From an uncultured Oscillospiraceae bacterium (GTDB lineage Bacteria > Bacillota > Clostridia > Oscillospirales > Ruminococcaceae), in assembly GCA_900542145.1 (NCBI GenBank), contig UQMF01000002.1:136847-200846 (forward strand): DNA of 64,000 bases, given 5' to 3'. The notes beneath the pieces were generated by a model. The model was not told where the DNA came from. It searched no databases and saw nothing but the letters and a program-made list of their open reading frames with translations. The position numbers and the translations under genes were made by a program. Shown here piece after piece: positions 35,324 through 44,772 of this stretch (its first letter is position 1; every line of letters starts with the position of its first letter).

Positions 35324-37039
35324 TCAGAAGCCGAGGATTTTTGTGAAATCAGTGGAGAGCTTTTCCTGGAGTGCCACAGCGTCGGACTTCTGCGCTCCAG
35401 TGGTGGTGTAGTAAACCTTGATCTTAGGCTCAGTTCCGGAAGGTCTGATAACTACGCTGGCGTTGTCCTGGAGGAAGAATGTGATGACGTTGGACTTAGG
35501 CAGGGTGATCTGCTCGGTCTTGCCGTCGGTGTAGGTCTTTACGGAAGCCTCGTAGTCTGCAACAGCCTCAACAGCCAGACCGCCGATGGACTTGGGACCG
35601 TTCTTTCTGAGGTCGGACATGATCTCGCTCATGCGCTCCATACCGCTCTCGCCCTCGCAGGTGAAAGTGTCCAGCTTGTTGAAGTAAACGCCGTATTCAG
35701 CGTACATTCTCTTTCTAGCCTCAATGAGGGAGATACCCTTGGTGCGGTAGAATGCAGCCATCTCGCAGATGAGCATGGAAGCAACTACAGCGTCCTTGTC
35801 GCGTACATAGCCGCCTGCGAGGTAGCCGTAGCTCTCCTCGAAGCCGAAGATGTAGCGGTTCTCCTCGCCCTTTTCCTCGAGGAATCCGATCTGCTCGCCG
35901 ATGAACTTGAATCCGGTGAGGACTTCGCGCAGTTCAACGCCGTACTTCTTGCAGATCGCCTTGGTGATATCGGTGGTTACGATGGTCTTTACTGCAACAG
36001 GGTTCTTGGGCATTGTGCCGAGAGCGATACGCTCCTTGCAGATGTATTCGAGGAGGAGTGCGCCTACTTCGTTGCCGGTGAACAGCTCGTAGTGGTCGCC
36101 GTCGGGAACTGCGATACCAACGCGGTCGCAGTCGGGGTCGGTAGCGAGCAGCAGATCAGGCTTCTCGGTCTCGCAGAGCTTCAGACCGCAAGCGAGTGCT
36201 TCCTTAATCTCGGGGTTCGGGTAGGGGCAGGTGGGGAAGTTTCCGTCAGGATTCTCCTGCTCGGGAACAACAACAACGTCCTTAACGCCGATCTCCCTGA
36301 GAATGCGGCGAACGGGCTTGTTGCCAGTGCCGTTCAGAGGAGTGTAGACTACCTTCAGACCGCTGAAAGCGACCAGATCGGTATGCAGACCCTGCTCCTT
36401 GACCTTAGCCATATAAGCGTCGATAACATCGTCGCCGATGAAGCTGATCATTCCGTCAGCAACAGCCTTGTCGAAGTCAACAGACTTCACGCCGTCGAAG
36501 ATGTCGATAGCGTTGATCTTTGCGAGAACAGCCTCAGCAGCCTCAAGTGTGAGCTGGCAGCCGTCGTTTCCGTATACCTTGTAGCCGTTGTACTTGGCAG
36601 GGTTGTGGCTTGCTGTTACCATTACGCCGGCGCCGCAGTCCAGTGCTCTTACTGCCCAGGACAGCATGGGGGTAGGCATGAGTTCCTTGTAGATGTGTAC
36701 CTTGATACCGTTGGCAGCGAGAACCTCTGCTGCGCTCTTGGAGAAGTAGTCGGACTTGATACGGCTGTCGCAGGAGATAGCCACGGACTTCTTCTCGCCG
36801 CTTGCGAGAATATACTCAGCAAGACCCTGAGTAGCCTTCTTTACGGTGTATACGTTCATTCTGTTGGTGCCTGCGCCGATAACGCCGCGGAGTCCGCCGG
36901 TGCCGAACTCGAGGTCGCGGTAGAAGCGGTCGTTTTTGCCGTCCTCGTCGTCCTTAATGCTCTCAAGTTCCTTCTTGAGGTCGGGGTCAGCGACTGCCTT
37001 AGCGAGCCACAGGTCATAGAGCTTCTGAATATCTGCCAT
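35324..37039 (-). CDS. pgcA: Phosphoglucomutase/phosphomannomutase (alpha-D-phosphohexomutase family)
   Basis: 571 aa. Active-site phosphoserine loop TASHNP. Metal-binding loop DPDCDR. Confidence 0.9.
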   Translation of the reverse strand: MADIQKLYDLWLAKAVADPDLKKELESIKDDEDGKNDRFYRDLEFGTGGLRGVIGAGTNRMNVYTVKKATQGLAEYILASGEKKSVAISCDSRIKSDYFSKSAAEVLAANGIKVHIYKELMPTPMLSWAVRALDCGAGVMVTASHNPAKYNGYKVYGNDGCQLTLEAAEAVLAKINAIDIFDGVKSVDFDKAVADGMISFIGDDVIDAYMAKVKEQGLHTDLVAFSGLKVVYTPLNGTGNKPVRRILREIGVKDVVVVPEQENPDGNFPTCPYPNPEIKEALACGLKLCETEKPDLLLATDPDCDRVGIAVPDGDHYELFTGNEVGALLLEYICKERIALGTMPKNPVAVKTIVTTDITKAICKKYGVELREVLTGFKFIGEQIGFLEEKGEENRYIFGFEESYGYLAGGYVRDKDAVVASMLICEMAAFYRTKGISLIEARKRMYAEYGVYFNKLDTFTCEGESGMERMSEIMSDLRKNGPKSIGGLAVEAVADYEASVKTYTDGKTEQITLPKSNVITFFLQDNASVVIRPSGTEPKIKVYYTTTGAQKSDAVALQEKLSTDFTKILGF

Positions 37040-37195
37040 TATATGTTCCTCCTGTTGTTCTTTTCTACAATCAGGTAGAGTAAGTATAAGCTACTACCTG
37101 AACAATCATAAATATTATAGCATACTCCGCAGGAAAATTCAAGGGGTATGAAATATTTTTTTAGCTAAAATTGTGGCTTTAATAACTTTTATCTA

Positions 37196-37303
37196 ATGCC
37201 GCCGGATATACTTGACAACTCCGGCGCCGAGATAATCCTGCTTGACCGCACCGAGCAGGGCGGATTTTCAGACAGCAGCGGAAACGTGTACGTCCCTGTT
37301 TAA
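37196..37303 (+). other. Orphan 35-codon ORF (MPPDILDNSGAEIILLDRTEQGGFSDSSGNVYVPV) or small RNA, ending at an intrinsic terminator
   Basis: ATG at 37196 and TAA at 37301. No clear ribosome-binding site. It is followed immediately by the terminator at 37312-37347. Confidence 0.25.
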
Positions 37304-37311
37304 TTAAGATG

Positions 37312-37347
37312 ATACGCACGGTGGGTGGATCGTGCGTATTTTTTTCG
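37312..37347 (+). terminator. Rho-independent terminator in a 475-bp intergenic region
   Basis: Hairpin ATACGCACG-GTGGGTGGAT-CGTGCGTAT followed by TTTTTTT. Confidence 0.6.
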
Positions 37348-37355
37348 AATACCCC

Positions 37356-37384
37356 TTGACAAATCCGTGGGATTGTGATATCAT
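37356..37384 (+). promoter_or_regulatory. Sigma-A promoter TTGACA-17-TATCAT
   Basis: It is followed by an approximately 130-nt leader before the DUF3793 ATG at 37515. Confidence 0.45.
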
Positions 37385-37514
37385 AATATTGTAGTTAGGA
37401 AACACTAACGCAGCGGAACAAAATCCACTATATTATTTAGATATAGGTTAGTGGGAACTAATTCAAAGAATGCGGAATAGAGCAGTCCGTATTAGCAGAA
37501 GATAGGAGAGAGCA

Positions 37515-38093
37515 ATGTCAACGGAGGAATGCAGGCGCTTTGAAAAGAAGCTGGCGTTTCACACAGCGCCGTCGCTGCTTGGAATAAAGTGCGCAAGTCT
37601 GCTGACGCTTTCACGCAGCGAGTTTGATATCAGCGGAAATGCACGCAGATTCAACCGGCGTGCGTCGGCAAAGGGACTGAAGATCAAGGTGCTGCGCGAG
37701 GAATGCGCGTGCCGCGACCGGTCGCTGATACTCGTCTATAACGAGAATAAGCTCGCGGAAAGGCTCTCCGGCAGGGAGGCACGGCAGCTGCTGAGCGAAT
37801 ACGGCTACGGCGATGAAATGACTCCGGAGCAGTGCCTTGAGCGGCTTTCGCAGCGTACCGCGTGCGACGAATTTCCGCACGAGATCGGCGTATTCCTTGA
37901 CTATCCCGTGGAGGACGTCCGCGGATTCGTGCAGAACAGCGGCTGCAACTATAAGCTGTGCGGCTGCTGGAAAGTATACGGGAGCGTTGAGAGCGCCCGG
38001 AAGAAATTCGCAGCGTATGACAAATGCCGTGAATATCTATGCAGAAAACTGGAGCAGGGCGAGGATATCTACCGTGCCCTGAAGATATCGTAA
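37515..38093 (+). CDS. DUF3793-like Cys-rich protein of unknown function
   Basis: 192 aa. AGGAGAG ribosome-binding site. Conserved Cys pairs (CNYKLCGCW, CREYLC). It lies 13 nt upstream of the flavodoxin gene. Confidence 0.5.
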   Translation: MSTEECRRFEKKLAFHTAPSLLGIKCASLLTLSRSEFDISGNARRFNRRASAKGLKIKVLREECACRDRSLILVYNENKLAERLSGREARQLLSEYGYGDEMTPEQCLERLSQRTACDEFPHEIGVFLDYPVEDVRGFVQNSGCNYKLCGCWKVYGSVESARKKFAAYDKCREYLCRKLEQGEDIYRALKIS

Positions 38094-38106
38094 GGAGGAC
38101 TTCTAC

Positions 38107-38514
38107 ATGAAAACAGCAGTTATTTACTGGAGCGGAACAGGCAACACCGAGGCAATGGCTAAGGCAGTGGCTGATGGTGCAGGCGCTGAGCTTTTCAGCG
38201 TATCCGCTTTTTCCGGCGATGTGGCAGATTACGACGCAGTGGCGTTCGGCTGCCCCGCAATGGGCGCAGAGAACCTTGAGGAAGGCGAGTTCGAGCCGTT
38301 CTTTGAGGGAATCGAAAGCAAGCTTTCCGGCAAGAAGGTGGCACTGTTCGGTTCCTATGGCTGGGGCGACGGCGAATGGATGCGTGAGTGGGCTGAGCGC
38401 GTCAAGAAAGACGGCGCAGTTCTCGTTAATGACGAGGGTCTTATTGTGAACGAAGCCCCCGACGACGCAGCCCTCGCAGACTGTAAGGCGCTCGGCGCAA
38501 AGCTTATCGGGTAA
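38107..38514 (+). CDS. Flavodoxin (short-chain)
   Basis: FMN phosphate-binding loop WSGTGNTE. 135 aa. Confidence 0.9.
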   Translation: MKTAVIYWSGTGNTEAMAKAVADGAGAELFSVSAFSGDVADYDAVAFGCPAMGAENLEEGEFEPFFEGIESKLSGKKVALFGSYGWGDGEWMREWAERVKKDGAVLVNDEGLIVNEAPDDAALADCKALGAKLIG

Positions 38515-38620
38515 TGTGACCCGGTGTTAAGGCGCAGCCCGGTTCACCTTTCCCCGGACTGCACCTGCGGCAAATGGCGCCGTTACCCGAAATTTGCAGA
38601 TCTTTTCATATGATATGTCT

Positions 38621-38656
38621 GCCATGCGCGCTGATTGCCGCATGGCGCTTTTTTTA
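38621..38656 (+). terminator. Rho-independent terminator
   Basis: Hairpin GCCATGCG-CGCTGATTGC-CGCATGGC followed by GCTTTTTTT. Confidence 0.6.
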
Positions 38657-38687
38657 TGAAACTTGTGTGATAATTCCGGCGGCGGAT

Positions 38688-38716
38688 TTCCAAAAGCTTG
38701 ACAAAAATGCTCAGGG
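38688..38716 (+). promoter_or_regulatory. Sigma-A promoter TTGACA-17-TATACT
   Basis: Canonical spacing, 41 nt upstream of the ATPase ATG. Confidence 0.5.
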
Positions 38717-38756
38717 GGGATATACTATATTATAAACAAACGACAGGGGTGATATC

Positions 38757-41303
38757 ATGACTGATCCTATGACCGGACTGACCCGGGAGCAGGTCGCCGA
38801 AAAGACCGCCCGGGGCGAGAACGCCGGGGATTCCACCGTCAGATCAAAGAGCGTCGGCAGGATATTTGCCGATAATATATTCACGCTGTTCAACCTGATA
38901 AATGTGATAATTGCCGTGCTCGTGTTCCTGGTGGGAGCCTACCGGAACATGCTTTTCATGGGAGTTATCCTGTGCAATATAGCTATAGGAATATTCCAGG
39001 AGATACGCTCCAAGCGCATAATTGACCGGCTGTCCCTTATATCCGCGCCTAAGGCGCACCTGCTGAGGGACGGCGAGGAGCAGGTGCTTCCGGTTGCGGA
39101 CCTTGTCCCGGGGGATATCATGCTTCTTTCCACCGGCAGGCAGCTCTGTGCGGACGGGGTTCTCGTGTCCGGCGAGCTGGAGGCAGATGAGAGCCTGCTG
39201 ACCGGCGAAAGCGACACGGTAGTGAAGCGCCCGGGGGACACGCTGTATTCCGGAAGCTTTGTGGTAGCCGGCAGCGGAAAGGCGGAAGCGACAGCGGTCG
39301 GAGCGGCGGCATACGCGAACAAGATCGCAGCAGGCGCCAAGAAATCCAGAAAGCGCCGTTCGGACATGATGGACGCCATCAACAAGATAATCTCTGCTAT
39401 ATCCGTGTGTATCCTGCCGTTTGCGCTGGTGCTGTTCACCAAGGCGCTGTTTGTTGCCGGGCAGGAGCTTCAGTACAGTGTGACGAGTACCGCTGCCGCA
39501 ATAATCGGAATGATCCCCGAGGGGCTTGTTCTGCTGACGAGTATCGCGCTGGCGGTGAGCTCCATAAGGCTTGCGCGCCGCCGTACTCTCTGCCAGGACC
39601 TGTACTGTGTGGAAAGCCTTGCCCGGGTGGACGTTCTCTGCCTTGACAAGACCGGAACGATAACCACCGGAAACATGCAGCTTAGCGAGATAGTCCGCCT
39701 GGACGCGGATTTCACGCCGGAGCCGGCGCTGTCTGCACTTTCCGGGGCGCTGGGGGCGGAGAACCAGACCATGGCGGCAGTCGCCCGCAGATTCCCGGGA
39801 GGAAACGACGTGCACTGCGTAAAGACGGAGCCGTTTTCCTCCGCGCGGAAATGGAGCGCGGCGCAGTTCGAGGAATATGGCACGCTGATTCTGGGCGCGC
39901 CCAGCTTCGTCCTCGGCGCGGACGAGTATTCCGCCATCAGGGAGCAGTGCGAGAAGTACTCCTCCCGGGGAATGCGCGTGCTTCTCCTGGCGCAGAGCCG
40001 CGAGCCGCTGCCGGACAAGGCGCTTCCCGGCGGAGTAGTTCCGCGAGCGCTGGTGGTGCTTTCCGATGAGATAAGGGAGAGCGCGCCCTCCACCCTGGAG
40101 TACTTTCGGTCGCAGGGCGTGGATATCCGCGTGATATCCGGCGACGACCCGGTGACGGTATCCAACGTGGCGGCAAAGGCAGGGCTTCCCGGCGCGGAGA
40201 ATTACGCCGACATATCGCTGCTGACCGATGAGGAGCTTCCGGAAGCTGCGGAAAAGTACACCGTCTTCGGCAGGGTAACTCCCTCCCGGAAGCTTGCGCT
40301 GGTGAAGGCGCTGAGGTCGGCAGGTCACAAGGTCGCGATGACCGGCGACGGAGTGAACGATGTGCTGGCGCTCCGGGAGGCGGATTGCTCCGTGGCGGTG
40401 CAGTCCGGCAGCGACGCGGCAAGGTGCGTGTCCCAGCTTGTGCTGCTCGACAGCGACTTTTCCGCAATGCCCCTCGCCGTGGAGGAGGGCAGGCGCTGTA
40501 TCAACAATATCCAGCGTTCTGCGTCTCTGTTCCTTGTTAAGACGATATTCTCGTTCCTGCTTTCGGTGATGTTCCTGTTCTCATCGTCGGCGTATCCGTT
40601 CCAGCCGATACAGCTGACGCTGATAAGCGCGCTGTTTATCGGCGCTCCATCGTTCCTCCTGGCTCTGGAGCCTAACAAGGACCGGGTGCAGGGAAGATTC
40701 ATAGCGAACGTCCTGAAAAAGGCGCTCCCGGGAGGGCTTACTGTCGTGTTGGGTATCGGCGCCCTGCTGGTGCTCCAGAATATATTCTCGATTCCGCAGG
40801 AGCGGCTTTCGGTCATGGCGGTATACGTCACTGCCGGAGTACTCTACGGGGTGCTTTTCCGGGTCTGCAAGCCGTTCCGGAAGTGGCACATCATCATGCT
40901 GGCAGTCGTCCCGGCGGTGTTCTGCGCCGCGTGCTGGCTCGTCAGCCCGCTGTTCTATATCGTTCCACTGAATTTCAGCGAGTGGCTGTGCGTTGCGTGT
41001 GTGATTCCCGGGGAACTGATGATTTTCTGGGGGCTGGTCAATCTCCTGGGCAGGATACTCGGGCGCTGGTCCGGCGGATTCCCACCAATGCCGCGCACCA
41101 AGAAGGCCTGCGCCGGGACTGTGCTCGTCCTGTCGGCGGCATATGCGGTGTGGCTTTTCCTGATACTGGCGGATTACCTTGCCGTAAGGAACGGCGCGGT
41201 CCCGATATTTGCCATGAAACAGCCGGACGGCACGAATTCCGGGCTTCTCTACACGATAACCGACGGAGTGTTCCATGTATTCGGGCGTGATATAATTCCA
41301 TAA
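38757..41303 (+). CDS. Cation-transporting P-type ATPase (P2/P3-like, Ca2+/Mg2+ type)
   Basis: 848 aa. Actuator TGES. Phosphorylation site CLDKTGTITTG. Hinge MTGDGVNDVLAL. About 10 transmembrane helices. Confidence 0.9.
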   Translation: MTDPMTGLTREQVAEKTARGENAGDSTVRSKSVGRIFADNIFTLFNLINVIIAVLVFLVGAYRNMLFMGVILCNIAIGIFQEIRSKRIIDRLSLISAPKAHLLRDGEEQVLPVADLVPGDIMLLSTGRQLCADGVLVSGELEADESLLTGESDTVVKRPGDTLYSGSFVVAGSGKAEATAVGAAAYANKIAAGAKKSRKRRSDMMDAINKIISAISVCILPFALVLFTKALFVAGQELQYSVTSTAAAIIGMIPEGLVLLTSIALAVSSIRLARRRTLCQDLYCVESLARVDVLCLDKTGTITTGNMQLSEIVRLDADFTPEPALSALSGALGAENQTMAAVARRFPGGNDVHCVKTEPFSSARKWSAAQFEEYGTLILGAPSFVLGADEYSAIREQCEKYSSRGMRVLLLAQSREPLPDKALPGGVVPRALVVLSDEIRESAPSTLEYFRSQGVDIRVISGDDPVTVSNVAAKAGLPGAENYADISLLTDEELPEAAEKYTVFGRVTPSRKLALVKALRSAGHKVAMTGDGVNDVLALREADCSVAVQSGSDAARCVSQLVLLDSDFSAMPLAVEEGRRCINNIQRSASLFLVKTIFSFLLSVMFLFSSSAYPFQPIQLTLISALFIGAPSFLLALEPNKDRVQGRFIANVLKKALPGGLTVVLGIGALLVLQNIFSIPQERLSVMAVYVTAGVLYGVLFRVCKPFRKWHIIMLAVVPAVFCAACWLVSPLFYIVPLNFSEWLCVACVIPGELMIFWGLVNLLGRILGRWSGGFPPMPRTKKACAGTVLVLSAAYAVWLFLILADYLAVRNGAVPIFAMKQPDGTNSGLLYTITDGVFHVFGRDIIP

Positions 41304-41352
41304 GATAAAAGCGAACAGGGAAGCCCGTACAGGACTTCCATAAATAAAGATT

Positions 41353-41385
41353 GGAGGGTGCACAGCGCCCTCCGTTTGTATTTTA
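41353..41385. terminator. Bidirectional terminator between the ATPase (+) and the VWA gene (-)
   Basis: Hairpin GGAGGGTGCACAGCGCCCTCC followed by GTTTGTATTTT. Confidence 0.55.
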
Positions 41386-42531
41386 TGCGAAACCGGCAAG
41401 CGAACGCCGCTTCAGCGCATTTTCCAGCACTTCCGGAAGCCGCTCCGGAGGGCACGCGAAGCATGGGATATCCAGTGCCGACACCCTTTTGGCGAGTTCC
41501 TCGTCAAATATAGGCTTTCCGCTGTCGGATACCGCGAGCAGCACCACGATGTTCACGCCGGAGCTGCGGAGTTCCTCCAGACGGCGGAGCAGTCTGCTGC
41601 GGTTTCCGCCCTCGTACAGGTCGGTGACAATGAACATTGTGGTTTTTTCCGGCTGAGTCACCAGCCCGGAGCAGTACGCCACGGATTTTTCTATGTCCGT
41701 GCCGCCGCCGAGCTGTATTCCATACAGCAGCTCCACCGGGTCGGAGCAGTGCTCCGTGAGGTCGGTGACGGCGGTGTCGAAGGCGATGACGTGAGTCCTG
41801 AGGGAGCTTATGCTGGCGAGGATACAGCCCATCACGGAGGAATATATCGCGGATTCCGCCATGGAGCCGCTCTGGTCGATATCCAGAATCACGGTGCGCG
41901 AGCCGGATTTCGCCGCGCGCTCATAGAACCAGAATTTTTCCGGCAGCAGCAGTTTCCGCTCCGGGTCGTAATTTCCGAGATTGCGGCGGATAGTCGTGCG
42001 AAAATCCAGCGCCGCCGCACTGGGTATGGGGGAGTGTTCCCGGCGGTTCAGCGCGGAGCTTACGGAGCGGCGCAGGTCGTCGGACAGGCGGCGGTTTATG
42101 TCCTCCACTATCTTCGCGATATAGCGGTGCGCGTTGTCCTTTGCCCGGGCAGGGATCTGGTCTTTCAGCGTGAGCAGCAGCGCCGCCGTGGAGATATCCG
42201 GTGCCAGTCCCTCCAGCATTTCCGGCTCAAAGAGAAGCTGCTTCAGTCCACAGCGTTCGATCGCGTCGTTCTGTATTATGCGAATCTCGGTCTGGCTGAA
42301 AAGCGAACGCAGGTCGCCGAGCCATTTCGTCAGCTTCGGCGAGGATTTGCCGCTGCCTGCCATTCCGGAGGAGCTACCGTCGGAGTTTCCGCCGTATATC
42401 TGCGACAGCGCGGAATCCATGAGCATATCCTCCTCGGACATCGCGCCGGCGCCGCCTAGGGAGTTCATCGTATCCTCGCAGCAGCTGCCGAGAATCAGCC
42501 GCCAGCGTTTCAGAATTTCCTTGTTTTCCAT
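41383..42531 (-). CDS. VWA-domain protein with a MIDAS motif (YehP-like)
   Basis: 382 aa. MIDAS D-x-S-x-S in VILDIDQSGSM, with downstream T and D metal ligands. It is the last gene of the five-gene operon and its start abuts the upstream stop. Confidence 0.8.
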   Translation of the reverse strand: MENKEILKRWRLILGSCCEDTMNSLGGAGAMSEEDMLMDSALSQIYGGNSDGSSSGMAGSGKSSPKLTKWLGDLRSLFSQTEIRIIQNDAIERCGLKQLLFEPEMLEGLAPDISTAALLLTLKDQIPARAKDNAHRYIAKIVEDINRRLSDDLRRSVSSALNRREHSPIPSAAALDFRTTIRRNLGNYDPERKLLLPEKFWFYERAAKSGSRTVILDIDQSGSMAESAIYSSVMGCILASISSLRTHVIAFDTAVTDLTEHCSDPVELLYGIQLGGGTDIEKSVAYCSGLVTQPEKTTMFIVTDLYEGGNRSRLLRRLEELRSSGVNIVVLLAVSDSGKPIFDEELAKRVSALDIPCFACPPERLPEVLENALKRRSLAGFA

Positions 42532-44772
42532 TCAAATATCTCCGAAGTCAAAATCGTCAAGACTGCCGATGTCCTGCTGTTCCTGCGCATTCAGCGCCCC
42601 GGTCGTGAATTCAGCCGCCGACTGCTTTGAGATCCCCAGCACTTCGCCGATGTTCTCGGCTATGTCGGATTTTTCAGCAGGGGTGTATTCCGCGAACGTG
42701 CGCCGCAGGCAGACAAGCACCGGCTTGAATTCCTCGGTGGAAAGCCCTGCCGTGAAATCGCACAGCTTCTCCCAGACGGAAAGGCGGCTTATCAGTGCGC
42801 GGCGGTTCTTCTTCGAGAATCCCTCGAACCACTGCGCGCCCTCTGCGGCGAATCCCGGGGACAGCCGCCTGCCGATAAGCTCCGAGAGCTTGCCGGGGGC
42901 TATCAGTCCGCGCTCCATCAGCACCGCGCAGCAGAATCCCGAGAGCAGCGGCGCGGCGAAGTTGCTGTCCGCGATATCCGATAGCAGGGCGGTGAATCGG
43001 TCGCCGTCCATAAAATCATGCGCAGTGCAGGCATCGTTCACGGCGGAAACCGCGGTTATCAGCTGCTCCGCCGCCGGGCGGTCGCATACTGCTCCCGACG
43101 GAAGGCACAGGCAGAATCTCAGGAACAGCTTCTCCATAAGTTCCGGCAGGCTGCTGGTATCCAGCCGGCGGATACTGCCGAAGCGCAGTATTCCCGACAG
43201 CGTGCCCAGCGCCCTGCCGACTTCCGCGGCGGAGGAGCACTCCGCGGTCTGCTTCTGCACGGAGGAAGCGGCGGTCCGCACGCAGTCCGGCAGTCCGCAT
43301 TCAAACGCGGTGTCGAGCAGCGCGGCGGTCTGCGCCACGGATTCCGCCCCGGCAAGCTGCAGGGAGATATCGTTAGCCGCCGCCTGCTCCACCGTGTCGC
43401 CCTTCAGGGAGGCCTCCACTATTTCGATTTCCGCCTGGGGCGTCCAGCGGAGTTCCCACAGTTCCGCCCAGGTGGCGTTGTCCTGCGGCCGCGCCTTCTG
43501 TAGGCAGAAGCTGACGCCTAGCGCTTTCAGCCGGTGCAGGAAGAACGAGCGCTCAAGGTCGATGAACGCCGCCTTTTCCGTCTTTACCCGGAGATTCTCG
43601 CGCAGGTCGAGGGGCAGTTCCTCTGCGGTCGCCTTGCGGTATTTTTGCAGCTTCAGCTCCTTCAGCTGCCGCATGAAATCCTCCTGGACGGAGGTGCAGA
43701 CTGCGCCCTCCGGCATGGAGCCTATCCGCGTTCCGATCTCGACGTCTGCGCAGGCGAGGGATATTTCCGCGAAGCTGCCGTGACCCATGCAGGTGACTGC
43801 CGCGTCGCGCAGGTCGGCGAGGTTCGGAAGCTTGCCGCCGCGCATTTCGGCGAGAGTGTCCGCAAGGCGTTTGGCTTCGATCACTTCCGCCGTGGAGCAG
43901 GCGAAGCCGTGTTCGCGCTGATACTCCGCTATTTTAGCGAGGTACTGCGCGGCGCTGTTCCGGATATCCCCGGAGCGGCGGCAGTTCCACAGGAGTTCGC
44001 TGTATCCGGGAGCCCTGCACCCGGCGCCGTAGCCGGAGCGCTCCGACAGGCGGTAGTAGGAATACGGCATGAGCGTCGCCTTTGAGGTCACGGTCGGTAG
44101 CTTACCGGTGAGTTTCGCGTCCTCCTGTGTGAACGGGACGTTTTTCAGTCCTGCGGTGTGGAAGGCTCCGGTCAGCACCGCGATATTACCGCCGGGGTGC
44201 GCGGATTCGCACTCGCTTATCACCCGGCGCATGAATGCTTCGCGCAGGGAGTTGTGCGCGTCGCTGCCGGAAAAACCGCGCAGCGACGCGCCGTAGTTCT
44301 CAGCGGCGGCGAGGAAGTCCTCATAGCTTTCGCACTGCTCAAAGCAGTATTCCCAGAAGGAGCCGTTGTCCATTCCGGAAACCGCCTCCATGCGCTCGTA
44401 AACGTTCGGCGAGCGGTCGTCAGTGGAGCCGTCCTCGTCGTCGGATTCCTGCTGTATCTGCGCCAGCACGCAGTCGGAGGGCAGGTCGCAGAAGCGCACC
44501 TCCACACCGTTTCGCACCGCCCACATCATCGCGGCGTATTCCGGGGAGAATTCCGCGAAGGGGTAGAGCACGGTGTGCACCGGGGCTTCCTCGGTGTAGG
44601 CGAGTATCGCGCCGGGCAGCTTCACCTCCGGGGCGCAAAGCTGCGGGATCAGTCCGCTGAGGTCGGAGGGACCCTCGATGAGCAGCACCTCCGGCTGTGT
44701 GCGCCGCAGGAATTCCTCAGCGTAATATGCGCAGGCAGGGGAGTGGTGTCTTACTCCGAAATAGTGCGTCAT
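42532..44772 (-). CDS. DUF5682-like large protein (YehM-like), function unknown
   Basis: About 746 aa. The start was chosen at ATG 44772 (MTHYFGVRHHSPACAYY), which has a GGGAGAG ribosome-binding site and a TAATG overlap with the AAA+ gene. No catalytic motifs recognised. Confidence 0.6.
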   Translation of the reverse strand: MTHYFGVRHHSPACAYYAEEFLRRTQPEVLLIEGPSDLSGLIPQLCAPEVKLPGAILAYTEEAPVHTVLYPFAEFSPEYAAMMWAVRNGVEVRFCDLPSDCVLAQIQQESDDEDGSTDDRSPNVYERMEAVSGMDNGSFWEYCFEQCESYEDFLAAAENYGASLRGFSGSDAHNSLREAFMRRVISECESAHPGGNIAVLTGAFHTAGLKNVPFTQEDAKLTGKLPTVTSKATLMPYSYYRLSERSGYGAGCRAPGYSELLWNCRRSGDIRNSAAQYLAKIAEYQREHGFACSTAEVIEAKRLADTLAEMRGGKLPNLADLRDAAVTCMGHGSFAEISLACADVEIGTRIGSMPEGAVCTSVQEDFMRQLKELKLQKYRKATAEELPLDLRENLRVKTEKAAFIDLERSFFLHRLKALGVSFCLQKARPQDNATWAELWELRWTPQAEIEIVEASLKGDTVEQAAANDISLQLAGAESVAQTAALLDTAFECGLPDCVRTAASSVQKQTAECSSAAEVGRALGTLSGILRFGSIRRLDTSSLPELMEKLFLRFCLCLPSGAVCDRPAAEQLITAVSAVNDACTAHDFMDGDRFTALLSDIADSNFAAPLLSGFCCAVLMERGLIAPGKLSELIGRRLSPGFAAEGAQWFEGFSKKNRRALISRLSVWEKLCDFTAGLSTEEFKPVLVCLRRTFAEYTPAEKSDIAENIGEVLGISKQSAAEFTTGALNAQEQQDIGSLDDFDFGDI

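Noticed and set aside
38844-40328. 494-aa - strand ORF opposite the P-type ATPase
   Set aside because: The + strand has the DKTGT and GDGVND motifs. The antisense ORF is Arg/Gly-rich noise.
42134-43783. 549-aa + strand ORF, and similar long ORFs at 43534-44085, 44158-45486 and 47732-49099, antisense to the SWIM/MoxR/DUF5682 operon
   Set aside because: They are Ser/Ala/Arg-rich low-complexity translations with no start context, fully embedded opposite well-supported genes. These are typical high-GC antisense artefacts.
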